From Candidatus Dormiibacterota bacterium (GTDB taxonomy: Bacteria; Chloroflexota; Dormibacteria; CF-121): DNA of 64,000 bases. How positions within the stretch are numbered: the first letter of the stretch is position 1; the number at the start of each line of letters is the position of its first letter. A program made the translations under genes and the position numbers. Positions 9,609 to 18,880 of this stretch are shown here, one piece after another. The notes beneath the pieces were generated by a model that saw nothing but the letters and a program-made list of their open reading frames with translations, ran no database searches and was not told the origin of the DNA. The stretch spans positions 1,082 through 65,081 of the forward strand of contig DAIPYJ010000007.1 in assembly GCA_036782775.1 (NCBI GenBank), in the 5' to 3' direction.

Positions 9609-9712
9609 GGGTGTCGCAACGCGGTTGCGCGGGCGAGGTTTGCGGGATTTACCCGATCGTTACCGGGTGGACATGCCCCACCCTCCCAGACGAGGTGGGG
9701 GGAGGTAAATGA

Positions 9713-10099
9713 TCAGGCAGCCTGCGATTGCGCGGGGTTCACGTAGCGTCCAACCAGCGCGATCAGATCCTCGAGCTCGTAGGGCTTGGTCAAGCATTCG
9801 GCGCAGCCCGCTGCCAGCGCTGTCTCGCGATCGCCGACCATCGCATGCGCGGTGATCGCCACCACCGGGATGGCGGCGGTCATCGGATCGGCCTTGAGCG
9901 CCTTGGTCGCCTCCCATCCGTTCATCTCGGGAAGAGAGAGGTCCATCAGGACCAGGCCGGGGTGCAAGCGGCGCGCCATCTCGACCGCCTCACGCCCGTT
10001 GCGCGCCAGTTCGCAGCTAAAGCCGCGCGAGCGCAGCACCTTGAGCGCCATGCGCTGCATGGTCGCGTCGTCTTCGACGAGCAGGACCAATTGGTTCAT
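9713..10099 (-). CDS. single-domain response regulator (CheY-like receiver)
   Basis: LVLLVEDDATMQRMA...LVLMDLSLPEMNGWE...K. ATGA overlap with the upstream kinase gene. Confidence 0.8.
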   Translation of the reverse strand: MNQLVLLVEDDATMQRMALKVLRSRGFSCELARNGREAVEMARRLHPGLVLMDLSLPEMNGWEATKALKADPMTAAIPVVAITAHAMVGDRETALAAGCAECLTKPYELEDLIALVGRYVNPAQSQAA

Positions 10100-12834
10100 G
10101 CCGCTTCTCCCTGCGGTTTACTTTGCCCGATCAGCTGTCGCACGGCGTTAACAAGTCCTTCGCGATCGACCGTGCCTTTAGCGACGAATCGCTGAACGTT
10201 GTCACCGAGGGTCATCGCATCCTCAGGCGTCAGCTCCTTGGCGCTCACGATCATCACCGGAATGCCGGCTGTCTCCGGACGGGCCCGCATCCGGGCGGCA
10301 ACCTCGAAGCCACTCATGCCGGGCATCATCAGGTCGAGCAGCACCAGGTCGGGCGGCGACTCGGCAATCAGGGCCATGGCCTCGGTGCCGCTGGTGCTGA
10401 CGATCACCTCCGCCTGCTCGTCGCTCAGGATTCGGGTCAACAAGATGCGCGCCTCCGAATCGTCGTCGACGACCAGCACCCGCTTGCCGGCAAGCTCGGG
10501 CAACAGGCGCCGCACCTTGGTGATCAGCGCCTCGCGGTGATAAGGCTTGCCGAGGTAATCCGAAGCGCCGAGCGCGAACACGAGCCGCTGGTCCTCCACG
10601 ATCGTGACCACCAGCACCGGGATGCCGGCGGTGCGGGGATCCTCGTGCAGCTTCTCGAGCACCCACCACCCGGAGGCATCGGGCATCTGGATGTCGAGCG
10701 TGATCAGAATCGGCCGGCTCTCGCGTGCCAGCTGCAACGCGTCGGTGCCGTTGGAGGCCTGCACCGTCTTCCAGCCTTCCTGCTCGAGGTGTCGCGCAAT
10801 CAACTGCCGGACGCTCGGGTCGTCGTCGACCACCAGGATCGCGCCTCCCGGCAGCCCCTGGTTGGGACGGCGCGAGGAAGGACGCGGAGCGGCCAAGGGG
10901 ATCTGCTGCGCCGGAGAGGCGAAGACCGGCACTGTGAAGGTGAAGGTCGCACCCATGCCGGGCTCGCTGATGACGGTGATGGCGCCGCCATGCATCTCGA
11001 CCAGGCGCCGCACGATGCTCAATCCCAGCCCGGTTCCACCGTGCCGTCGGGTGCTGCTGCCGTCGCCCTGGACGAACTCATCGAAGATCACCTTCTGCGC
11101 CTCGGCCGAGATGCCGATGCCGGTGTCCTTGACCGCGATCCGAACCATTCGGCCGGACGGCTGCGCTATGACCTCGATATGCCCGCGGTCGGTGAATTTC
11201 ACCGCGTTGGAAAGCAGGTTGATCAGGATCTGCTTGAGGCGCACGGGGTCGGCCTCGACCGCCGGCAGGCCGCTCGGGAAGCGGGTGTCGATGCGCAGCC
11301 CTTTCTCCTGGGCCAGCGGGCTGATGCTTTCCAGCACGCCGCCAACGAGTGATGGCAGCTCGACGCGCTCGACCGTGAGCTCCATCTTGCCGGCCTCGAT
11401 CTTGCTCAGGTCGAGGATCTGATTGATCAGCGCCAGCAGGGACTGGCCGCTCTTGTTGACCTGCTGGATGTCCTCCTGCTGCTCGTCGTTGATCGGGCCG
11501 TCGACGCCGTCGAGCAGGATCTGCGAGAAGCCGATGATCGCTGAGAGCGGCGTGCGCAGCTCGTGAGAAACGTTGGCGAGGAACTCGGATTTGAGCTTGT
11601 TGGCCCGGGCCAGTTCCTGGTTGGCTGCCTGCAATTCCGAGGTGCGCTGCGTGACTTTCTCCTCCAATGTCTGGTAGGCAGCGCTCAGCTGCAGCGCCAT
11701 CTGGTTGAAGGTCTGCGCCAGCTCGCGCAGCTCTTGCGCGGCGAAGCGTTCTTTCACCGTCACCGGCGTCTTCAAATCGCCCTGCGCGATGCGGCCGGCG
11801 GCGCGGGTGAGCTCGACCACCGGCCGGCTGATCCAGGTGGCGGCGACGAAGCCGAGCAGCAGCGCGAGGATGATCGCGACCAGCAACCACTCGAGCGTGC
11901 TCAGGATCAGAGGCGTCAGCTCTGAGCGAAGGTCGGCGACCGGTTGCGAGACCCAGACTTTCCAGCCCACGACGGGGACGGTGGCAAATCCCGCGACACG
12001 AGGGATGTTGCCATCCGGGTCGGTGTACCAGACGACGCCGGTGTCGTGGCCAATCGCCTGCTGGAAGATGCCCGACGACGACAGGTCCTTGCCTTCAGCC
12101 CGCCAGTCGGCCCGCGGATGGGCGATGACGCGACCCTGCCGGTCGACCACGACCGCCTGGCCGTTGGCGCCGATCTGGCTAAAGGTGGACAGCCGCTGCA
12201 CTTCCGACAGGTCGACCGTACCGGCGAGATAGCCGACCAGGTTGCGCTGGCTGTTGAGGATCGGGACCGCGATCACGACCGCACCGACGCTGGCATCACC
12301 ACGGGTGCGGATCATGTCGGAGTACTTGGGCCCGATGCGACCTGGATTGAGAACCTGCTTGACGTAATTCCACTGGCTGTAGTCGACGCCCACGCCGGTC
12401 GGCGGCGCAGCCGCGACCGCGACTCCGGACAGATTGCCGACGTAGAGCTGCAGCAGCGACGGTTGGGCGGCGTGCGCAGCCGCCAGCTCCTGGTTGAGGT
12501 GGGCCGGATTGAAGCTGCTGTCGTTGAGGTGCGCGATGCTGCTGTCGTTGTCCGATTGGATTTGGAGCGCGGTGCTCTCGAGCGCTGATTTCTGGTCGTT
12601 GAGGTAGCCGTAGATCGCCTCCGCGAGGCTGGCCGCCATCGGCTCGTGTTTCTGCTGGATGTCCGCGTTCTGGGTCGCGAAGAGTGCGGAGATCCGCTGG
12701 GCGCCGAAGAAGATCAGCGGAACGACGCCGACCAGCAGAAAGCCGACGCTGATGTACCAGCGCAGGCTGTGAAAGGCCTGGCCACGCGGTCTCGGCGGCG
12801 CGCCCACATGCCAGTAACGGCTTGCCCGAGACAA
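10096..12834 (-). CDS. hybrid sensor histidine kinase (TM, extracellular Cache-like, HAMP, HisKA, HATPase, two receiver domains)
   Basis: H-box ELRTPLSAIIGF and G-box GTGLGLSIVRRLVEMHGG. Two receiver blocks: ILVVDDDPSV...LITLDIQMPDASGW and VLVVDDDSEA...LVLLDLMMPGMSGF. Confidence 0.8.
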   Translation of the reverse strand: MSRASRYWHVGAPPRPRGQAFHSLRWYISVGFLLVGVVPLIFFGAQRISALFATQNADIQQKHEPMAASLAEAIYGYLNDQKSALESTALQIQSDNDSSIAHLNDSSFNPAHLNQELAAAHAAQPSLLQLYVGNLSGVAVAAAPPTGVGVDYSQWNYVKQVLNPGRIGPKYSDMIRTRGDASVGAVVIAVPILNSQRNLVGYLAGTVDLSEVQRLSTFSQIGANGQAVVVDRQGRVIAHPRADWRAEGKDLSSSGIFQQAIGHDTGVVWYTDPDGNIPRVAGFATVPVVGWKVWVSQPVADLRSELTPLILSTLEWLLVAIILALLLGFVAATWISRPVVELTRAAGRIAQGDLKTPVTVKERFAAQELRELAQTFNQMALQLSAAYQTLEEKVTQRTSELQAANQELARANKLKSEFLANVSHELRTPLSAIIGFSQILLDGVDGPINDEQQEDIQQVNKSGQSLLALINQILDLSKIEAGKMELTVERVELPSLVGGVLESISPLAQEKGLRIDTRFPSGLPAVEADPVRLKQILINLLSNAVKFTDRGHIEVIAQPSGRMVRIAVKDTGIGISAEAQKVIFDEFVQGDGSSTRRHGGTGLGLSIVRRLVEMHGGAITVISEPGMGATFTFTVPVFASPAQQIPLAAPRPSSRRPNQGLPGGAILVVDDDPSVRQLIARHLEQEGWKTVQASNGTDALQLARESRPILITLDIQMPDASGWWVLEKLHEDPRTAGIPVLVVTIVEDQRLVFALGASDYLGKPYHREALITKVRRLLPELAGKRVLVVDDDSEARILLTRILSDEQAEVIVSTSGTEAMALIAESPPDLVLLDLMMPGMSGFEVAARMRARPETAGIPVMIVSAKELTPEDAMTLGDNVQRFVAKGTVDREGLVNAVRQLIGQSKPQGEAA

Positions 12835-12886
12835 CTTTGCGGTCGGTTCACCGCCGCTCCGTCACGGGATCGTTACCCTTGAGCGC

Positions 12887-13609
12887 GTGGCAGGACTTGG
12901 CGCCAGAGAGCGCGCGCGACTGGCGGTCGAGCGGTTGAAACCGGCCTACCCCGCGGTCTCCGAGCTGGACCATGAAAACCCCTTCCAGATGCTGATGGCG
13001 ACCATCCTGTCGGCGCAGACCACCGACCGTGCCGTCAACGGCGTGACGCCGGCGCTCTTCAAGCGATACCCGGATGCGGCCGCGCTGGCGCACGCCGACC
13101 CACGCAGCGTGGAGCGCATCATCAAGCCCACCGGCTTCTTCCACGTCAAGGCGAAGACGATCATCGCCTGCAGTGCCGCGCTGGTCGAGCGTTTCCAGGG
13201 CCAGGTTCCCCCGCGGATGGAGGATCTCGTCACCCTTCCGGGGGTCGGCCGGAAGACGGCCAACGTCGTGCTTGGCGTCGCCTTCGACATTCCCGGCTTT
13301 GCCGTGGACACCCACGTCACCCGCCTCACTCACCGGCTGAGGTTGACCCGCTCATCCGATCCGGTGAAGATCGAGGCGCGGGTCACCAAGTTGATTCCCC
13401 CATCCGAGTGGACCGGCTTCAGCCTGCGCTTGATCCTCCACGGGCGGCGGATTTGCATCGCGCGGGCGCCCCGCTGTCCGGAATGCGTCATGAACGACTT
13501 CTGCCCAACCTCGACGGTGCGGCCGGACAGGGCCTTGACAGCCGCAAAGCCGCGGACAAGGATGGCTCATGGAGCAACGGCCGCCAAACGTTCCGGTGTC
13601 CGCGTCTAG
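12887..13609 (+). CDS. nth: endonuclease III (DNA glycosylase/AP lyase)
   Basis: HhH-GPD motif LVTLPGVGRKTANVV and C-terminal 4Fe-4S Cys cluster (CIARAPRCPECVMNDFC). Confidence 0.85.
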   Translation: MAGLGARERARLAVERLKPAYPAVSELDHENPFQMLMATILSAQTTDRAVNGVTPALFKRYPDAAALAHADPRSVERIIKPTGFFHVKAKTIIACSAALVERFQGQVPPRMEDLVTLPGVGRKTANVVLGVAFDIPGFAVDTHVTRLTHRLRLTRSSDPVKIEARVTKLIPPSEWTGFSLRLILHGRRICIARAPRCPECVMNDFCPTSTVRPDRALTAAKPRTRMAHGATAAKRSGVRV

Positions 13610-14161
13610 CCCCCCGGGACAGCGCCGGCAACCGAGCGTGCTCGGCCTCCTTCTGGTGCTGGCCGGCGTTGCCCTGTTGCTGGCGCAAGTTGTCCACGTC
13701 GACCTCGGCCATTACGCCTGGCCGCTCTTCATCATCGTGCCCGGCGTCGCCCTGCTGATCATCGCCGTCAGCTCGCGTGGATTCGCAGGCGAGGGGTTGG
13801 CCATCCTGGGCAGCCTGCTCACCATCACCGGGCTCATCCTTCTCTTCCAGAAGGCCACCGACCATTTCGAGAGTTGGGCCTATGCCTGGGCCCTCGTCTT
13901 TCCCGGCGCGGTCGGGATCGGCATGATCATCTACGGAACTTACGCCGGCCGGTCCGGCAATGTGCGCGCCGGCGCGCGCGGCTGCTCGGCATCGGCCTGC
14001 TGCTCTTCTTGCTCGGCGCCGCCTTCTTCGAGGGCATCATCGGGATCGGCGGCTATCACCTCGGCCAGTCGGCCGGCGTCATCGCGGGCGTGGTGATCAT
14101 CGGCGTCGGGGCGCTGCTGCTCATCCTCAGCCTGATTTCGCGCCGCTCCACGCTTCGGTAG
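13569..14161 (+). pseudogene. polytopic membrane protein gene with apparent +1 frameshift near 13968-13976 (or a sequencing error)
   Basis: Frame 0 (13569-14096) reads as a hydrophobic membrane protein up to ...GRSGNVRAGA, then turns into Ser/Cys junk. Another frame reads RLLGIGLLLFLLGAAFFEGIIGIGGYHLGQSAGVIAGVVIIGVGALLLILSL to a stop at 14161. The switch sits in the gcgcgcgg tract. Confidence 0.4.
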
Positions 14162-14180
14162 CTCGCCTACACTAGGCGTC

Positions 14181-15224
14181 GTGCGTATCGGCGTCCTCAC
14201 CGGCGGCGGGGATGCCCCGGGCCTCAACGCCGCCATCCGCGCGGTGGCGCGGCGTGGCTTCCAGAAGGGCTTTCAGGTCAGCGGTATCAAGAACGGCTGG
14301 GCGGGCCTGCTGGGCGACGGCGATATGGATGAGTTCACGCCGGCATCGGTCCGTGGCATCCTGCCACTGGGCGGCACCATCCTCGGCACCTCGCGCACCA
14401 ATCCCATGAAGGAGAAGGGCGGCATCGACCAGGTGATGCGGCTGCTCAAGCGGCGCAGTATCGACGGCCTGGTCGCCATCGGTGGTGACGACACGCTCTC
14501 GGTCGCGGCCGCCATGAGCGACGCCGGCTTCCCGGTCGTCGGTGTCCCGAAGACGATCGACAACGACCTCTGCGTCACAGAGTTCTGCATCGGCTTCGAC
14601 ACCGCGGTCGGGATCGTCGTCGAGGCCCTCGACCGGCTCCATACCACCGCCTCGGCGCATCACCGCGTGATGGTGGTCGAGGTGATGGGCCGGGACACCG
14701 GCTGGGTCGGGATGGTCGGCGGCCTGGCGGGTGGCGCCGACATGATCATCATCCCGGAGTTTTCGGTTGAGCTCGATGCCGTCGTCGAGCATTTGAAGAA
14801 GCGCCGCTCCGAGGGCAAGGACTTCAGCATCATCGTCATCTGCGAAGGGGTCAAAATGCCTGCCCTCGAGCCGGCGATGGCGATGTCGGCGGCGGCGGAA
14901 AAGCGCGACGCCTTCGGGCACGTGCAGCTTGCCAAGCAAGGCATCGGTGATGCGCTCAGCACGCGGATCGAGGAAGCGACCGGCTTTGAAACCCGCATCA
15001 CCGTGCTGGGCCATCTGCAGCGTGGCGGCTCGCCGTCACCGGTCGACCGCATCTGGTCGACCAGGCTCGGCGTTGCGGCCACCGATCTGCTGGCCGAGGG
15101 TCGCGCCGGGGTGATCCCGATCCGCAAGAACGGGGACGTCGCCGTGGTGCCGCTGCGCGACGTGATTGCGCAGACGCGCCGGGTGCCGGGCGAGCTCTAC
15201 GACCTGCAGCAGGTCTTCGGCTAG
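14181..15224 (+). CDS. pfk: 6-phosphofructokinase (PFK-A family; GGDDT motif suggests a PPi-dependent type)
   Basis: RIGVLTGGGDAPGLNAAI..., IGGDDTLSVA, and PKTIDNDL. The start is GTG. Confidence 0.8.
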   Translation: MRIGVLTGGGDAPGLNAAIRAVARRGFQKGFQVSGIKNGWAGLLGDGDMDEFTPASVRGILPLGGTILGTSRTNPMKEKGGIDQVMRLLKRRSIDGLVAIGGDDTLSVAAAMSDAGFPVVGVPKTIDNDLCVTEFCIGFDTAVGIVVEALDRLHTTASAHHRVMVVEVMGRDTGWVGMVGGLAGGADMIIIPEFSVELDAVVEHLKKRRSEGKDFSIIVICEGVKMPALEPAMAMSAAAEKRDAFGHVQLAKQGIGDALSTRIEEATGFETRITVLGHLQRGGSPSPVDRIWSTRLGVAATDLLAEGRAGVIPIRKNGDVAVVPLRDVIAQTRRVPGELYDLQQVFG

Positions 15225-15230
15225 CGCATC

Positions 15231-15257
15231 TCCCTCTCCCCACTCGTGGGGAGAGGG
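15231..15257. terminator. bidirectional terminator or palindromic element between convergent pfk and the sensor gene
   Basis: CCCTCTCCCCA-ctcg-TGGGGAGAGGG forms a perfect 11-bp stem. Confidence 0.55.
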
Positions 15258-15276
15258 TCGGGGTGAGGAGTTTGGG

Positions 15277-17709
15277 TTAGCTCGCCTTCCGCTTCTGCTC
15301 GTATAGGGTGGCGTCCGCGGCGGCAAGCAGCTGCTCGACCGTCCGACCCTGGTCGGGAAAGGTCGCCACGCCGAGGCTCACCCCGGGAATCTCGAGCAGC
15401 TCGCGACCGGCCATGAAGCGATGGCGGGCGATGCCGTCGGTGATGCGCTGCGAGACGCTCGCGGCCGCGCTCGCGCCCGTCGAGGGCAGCAACAGCACGA
15501 ACTCGTCGCCGCCGTAGCGGGCAACCAGGTCCTCGCCGCGGACCGCGTCCATCAATGCATTGGCGACTTCGCGCAAGAGGGCGTCACCGGCGAGGTGGCC
15601 GTAGGTGTCGTTGATTCGCTTCAACTCGTCGACATCGAGAAAGATGATCGAGAACGGAAGGGCATTTTGCTGCGCGCGCGCAATCTCCTCCTCGAGGCGG
15701 TCGAGGAAAAGGCGTCGATTGAAGAGCCTGGTCAAGGGGTCATGACTCGCCTCGCGCTTGAGCCGATCATGCAGCTGCGCGACTTCCAGGTTGGAGGCGA
15801 GCTGGGAACCGACCGCCGTCATCAATCCCAGGTCGTTCTCGGAAAAGCCGTCCAACTGATCGCTCTCGACATTGAGCACGCCGACCACGCGGCCGTGGCT
15901 GACGAGGGGAAAGGTCAGCTCCGACCGGACCTTGGGGTCGAGCCCGACGTAGCGGGCGTCTTTCTGCACGTCGGGGATGAGCAACGGCGTCCCGTGCGTG
16001 AAGACCCATCCGGTGATTCCTTCTTTTAGCGAGATGGTCATGCCCGTGATGTCGCGCTCGTATCCGCTGTAGGCGCCCACACACAGCTCCGTCTGCTTGT
16101 CACTCGGCAGCAGGATCGAGACGAGGTAATAGCCCATCACATCGCGAATGATGTTCACGATGCGGGCGAGCAGCGTGGCGAGCTCGAGCACCGCGGTCGT
16201 CTCCTGGGCGATCCGGTAGATGATGCGGAGCTCACGGGAATCGGCGACGCTCAGGATGTCCGTGCGTGCGGCTGCGCTGGGCTGCGCGGCAAGTAACGTG
16301 GCTTCGAGCTCCTGGTACCAGGCGAGCGGGCGCGTGGCCCCTTCGCGCACCATCTCGATGAACCGCTGCATGATTGCGGGGTCGAGGTTGATTCCGGCAA
16401 AATGCCCGAGCTCCTCAAGGCCCTCCGCGATCGTTCGTTCTGTCCTGTGCGGCAGGTCGAAGGTCACGTTGAAGAAGGCGTTGACCACCGCAATCACGCG
16501 GGTCTCGATCGGGATCGATTCGCCGGCGATCCCGTCCGGATAGCCCTCGCCGTTGAACCACTCATGATGGGACCGGACCACCGGGGCAAGGTCGGCCAGC
16601 GGCTTGAAGCGGTGCAGCAGGTCCGCGCCGACCACGGGATGCGTCATCACGAGGGCGCGTTCCTCGACGTCGAGCCGCCCGCGTTTCCTGAGGATGGTGT
16701 CCGGCAGGCTGAGCTTGCCGAGATCCTGGAGCAGCGCGGCGTAACGTACGCGCCGGCAGCGGGCTGTATCAAATCCCAGATGTTGGGCGAAACGTTCGGC
16801 TAGTTCAGCGTGCTCGCGCGCCCGGCTCCGCAACGCTTCTCGCAGGTCGATGGCGCTGGCGAGCATCAGCACGGTCGCTTCTTCGACTTCGCGCGATTCG
16901 GCCAGCAAGCGGGCGGTTTCCAATGCCGCTGCCGTCTGGTTGGCGAACGCCATGACCGCCGGAAGATCGCCCACCTGAAGCGTCGAGCCGATGACCGTGA
17001 TGACGCCGATCGCCCGCTCCGCCACCACCAGTGGCGCCGAGATCGCCGCTTCGGCTCCCAGCGCCGCGGTGATCTGCCGCGCATTTGCCGCCTTGCCCGG
17101 CCTTGCCCCATAGGCGATCCGCGCCATGAGCTCGTCCCGGTCGCCGACGTAGTGAGGGCGAAGCGTGCGGCAGACCTCCTGAAGCGTGGGCACGCGTTCG
17201 AAGGGGAAAAAGTCGTCGCCTCGATCGGCACCGGTCAGTCCGGCTAATTCACCAGCCGGCGCGAACGTCCGTCGGTAGACGACCCGGACCCCGCGACCGT
17301 CCGGCGTGCATTCAAAGAGAAAGGTCGAGCCGCCGGCTTGCGCCAGGCGATTGCCGACGGCTTCGAAGATCGCCTTCCGCTCCAGGGTTCGGCTGGCCTG
17401 CACGCCTGCCTCGCTGAGGGCTGTCAGCAGGGGGCTCGTGCGCGAGGCCGGTTCTTCGTCGTGGGCCGGGTTGACGTCCGGCGGTCGCAGGAACTGGGTG
17501 TAGCCGGCCTCGACCAGCCGTTGCGGCTGAAAGAACCAGACGCGACCGATCTTTTCCCCGGGCAGGCGGCCGGCGCGCACCTGGCGTCGCACGACCTCCG
17601 GGTGGCGATCGATGATGGCCGCCACCTCCTCGACCGAGAGCAACCCCGGAAATTTTGCGGAGGCAGCTGGCGCGGGTTGTGTGACGCGACGCTTCACTGC
17701 AGTCTGCAA
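15277..17709 (-). CDS. multidomain c-di-GMP signalling protein: excisionase-type HTH, GAF, HD-GYP phosphodiesterase, GAF, GGDEF diguanylate cyclase
   Basis: N-terminal LSVEEVAAIIDRHPEVVRRQVRAGRLPGEKIGRVWFF (HTH). HD domain with HHEWFNGEGYPDG. Second GAF, and a C-terminal GGDEF domain (RYGGDEFVLLL). The start at 17707-17709 is TTG, so the true start is uncertain. Confidence 0.75.
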   Translation of the reverse strand: MQTAVKRRVTQPAPAASAKFPGLLSVEEVAAIIDRHPEVVRRQVRAGRLPGEKIGRVWFFQPQRLVEAGYTQFLRPPDVNPAHDEEPASRTSPLLTALSEAGVQASRTLERKAIFEAVGNRLAQAGGSTFLFECTPDGRGVRVVYRRTFAPAGELAGLTGADRGDDFFPFERVPTLQEVCRTLRPHYVGDRDELMARIAYGARPGKAANARQITAALGAEAAISAPLVVAERAIGVITVIGSTLQVGDLPAVMAFANQTAAALETARLLAESREVEEATVLMLASAIDLREALRSRAREHAELAERFAQHLGFDTARCRRVRYAALLQDLGKLSLPDTILRKRGRLDVEERALVMTHPVVGADLLHRFKPLADLAPVVRSHHEWFNGEGYPDGIAGESIPIETRVIAVVNAFFNVTFDLPHRTERTIAEGLEELGHFAGINLDPAIMQRFIEMVREGATRPLAWYQELEATLLAAQPSAAARTDILSVADSRELRIIYRIAQETTAVLELATLLARIVNIIRDVMGYYLVSILLPSDKQTELCVGAYSGYERDITGMTISLKEGITGWVFTHGTPLLIPDVQKDARYVGLDPKVRSELTFPLVSHGRVVGVLNVESDQLDGFSENDLGLMTAVGSQLASNLEVAQLHDRLKREASHDPLTRLFNRRLFLDRLEEEIARAQQNALPFSIIFLDVDELKRINDTYGHLAGDALLREVANALMDAVRGEDLVARYGGDEFVLLLPSTGASAAASVSQRITDGIARHRFMAGRELLEIPGVSLGVATFPDQGRTVEQLLAAADATLYEQKRKAS

Positions 17710-17744
17710 CGAAGGAAGCCACGGCTTCCTACGTCGTACCTGCC

Positions 17745-18755
17745 GTGGATCCGCTGCCTTCCGGCCCTATGCCGGAGCGCCGCACCATCCTGGTCACGGA
17801 TGACAGCGCCGCCAACCGCGATCTGATCTGTGGGCAGCTCTCCACGCTCGGCTTCTGGACCGAAGCGGCGACCAACGGCGAGGAGGCAATCAGCGCCGCC
17901 CGCCGGCTGAAACCGGACCTGATCCTGATGGACGTCGAGATGCCGGTGATGAACGGGCACCAGGCCTGCCGGCAGCTCAAGTCCGATCCCCAGACTGCGG
18001 ACATTCCGGTGCTGATGATGACGGGCTTCGATCCCCGGCCGGAGCGCGTCAAGATGGTCGAAGCCGGCGGCGACGACCTGATCGTGAAGCCGGTCCCGAT
18101 GCGCGACCTCCAGGTGCGCGTCCGGGCGCTGCTGCGGCTCAAGGAACTGCGCAAAGACCTGCGCAGCACGCAGGAAAGCCTTCGCGAGCTGGTCAAGCGC
18201 GAGAACCCCACTGAGTCGAAGGCGCCCTTCGACGACAGCGTGGCGCTGACTGCCCAGGCGCTGGCTCGGCTGATTGGTCTCGACGCCGAAGACCAGGAGG
18301 TCGCATTCCACGCCGGGTTGCTTCATGACATCGGGCAGATCGGCGTGCCGGAGGAACTGTTGAACAAGCAAGGCAGCTACACGCCCGAAGAGTTCGCCCA
18401 GATCCAGAAGCACACGGTGCTCGGCGCCGAGATCGCCGGACCGTTCCGTCCCGCCTCGGTGCTGGCGCCCGCCATCAGGCACCACCACGAGCGCTGGGAC
18501 GGTTCGGGCTACCCTGACAAGCTGCAGGGCCCGGCCATCCCGATGATGGCCCGCATTGTCGCCGTCGCCGACGCGTTCCACGCGATGATCATCGACCGCC
18601 CTTACCGGCCTCGGCATACCGTGGGCAAGGCGCTCGAGATCCTCGCGGCCGGCGCCGGCACGCAGTGGGACCCGCGGCTGGTCTCGGCCTTCGCGACCTC
18701 ATCGCTGCCCCAGCGCATCGCCGGTACGCCAAACGAAGAAGCAAAGATCGCGTAG
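17745..18755 (+). CDS. response regulator with HD-GYP output domain (RpfG-like c-di-GMP phosphodiesterase)
   Basis: Receiver ILVTDDSAANRDL...LILMDVEMPVMNGH...K. HD-GYP domain with HAGLLHDIGQIGVP and HHERWDGSGYPD. Confidence 0.8.
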   Translation: MDPLPSGPMPERRTILVTDDSAANRDLICGQLSTLGFWTEAATNGEEAISAARRLKPDLILMDVEMPVMNGHQACRQLKSDPQTADIPVLMMTGFDPRPERVKMVEAGGDDLIVKPVPMRDLQVRVRALLRLKELRKDLRSTQESLRELVKRENPTESKAPFDDSVALTAQALARLIGLDAEDQEVAFHAGLLHDIGQIGVPEELLNKQGSYTPEEFAQIQKHTVLGAEIAGPFRPASVLAPAIRHHHERWDGSGYPDKLQGPAIPMMARIVAVADAFHAMIIDRPYRPRHTVGKALEILAAGAGTQWDPRLVSAFATSSLPQRIAGTPNEEAKIA

Positions 18756-18831
18756 GCCGCTTCAGCGGCCCGCCCGTTTGAGTCTCTGAAGTAACTGCGC
18801 CCCGAAGGACGAGCGCATGCCCGTGGAAACA

Positions 18832-18859
18832 GTTCGGCCGGCCCGAAGGCCGGCCGAAC
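18832..18859 (-). terminator. strong intrinsic terminator downstream of pilA
   Basis: GTTCGGCCGGCC-cgaa-GGCCGGCCGAAC forms a perfect 12-bp stem. A second hairpin, GGCCGC-ttca-GCGGCC at 18763-18778, follows the convergent plus-strand gene. Confidence 0.6.
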
Positions 18860-18880
18860 CAGGGTCACAATGTCAGTCGA

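Noticed and set aside
10123-11352. Long antisense ORFs opposite real genes (10123-11352+, 17694-18617-, 23108-24925+, 24873-25931+, 35454-37163+, 45999-47174-)
   Set aside because: These are typical high-GC shadow ORFs. Their translations are Arg/Ala/Gly/Pro-rich with no domain signatures, whereas the opposite strand encodes clear HK, HD-GYP, PilB, PilT, MttB and DMGDH proteins.
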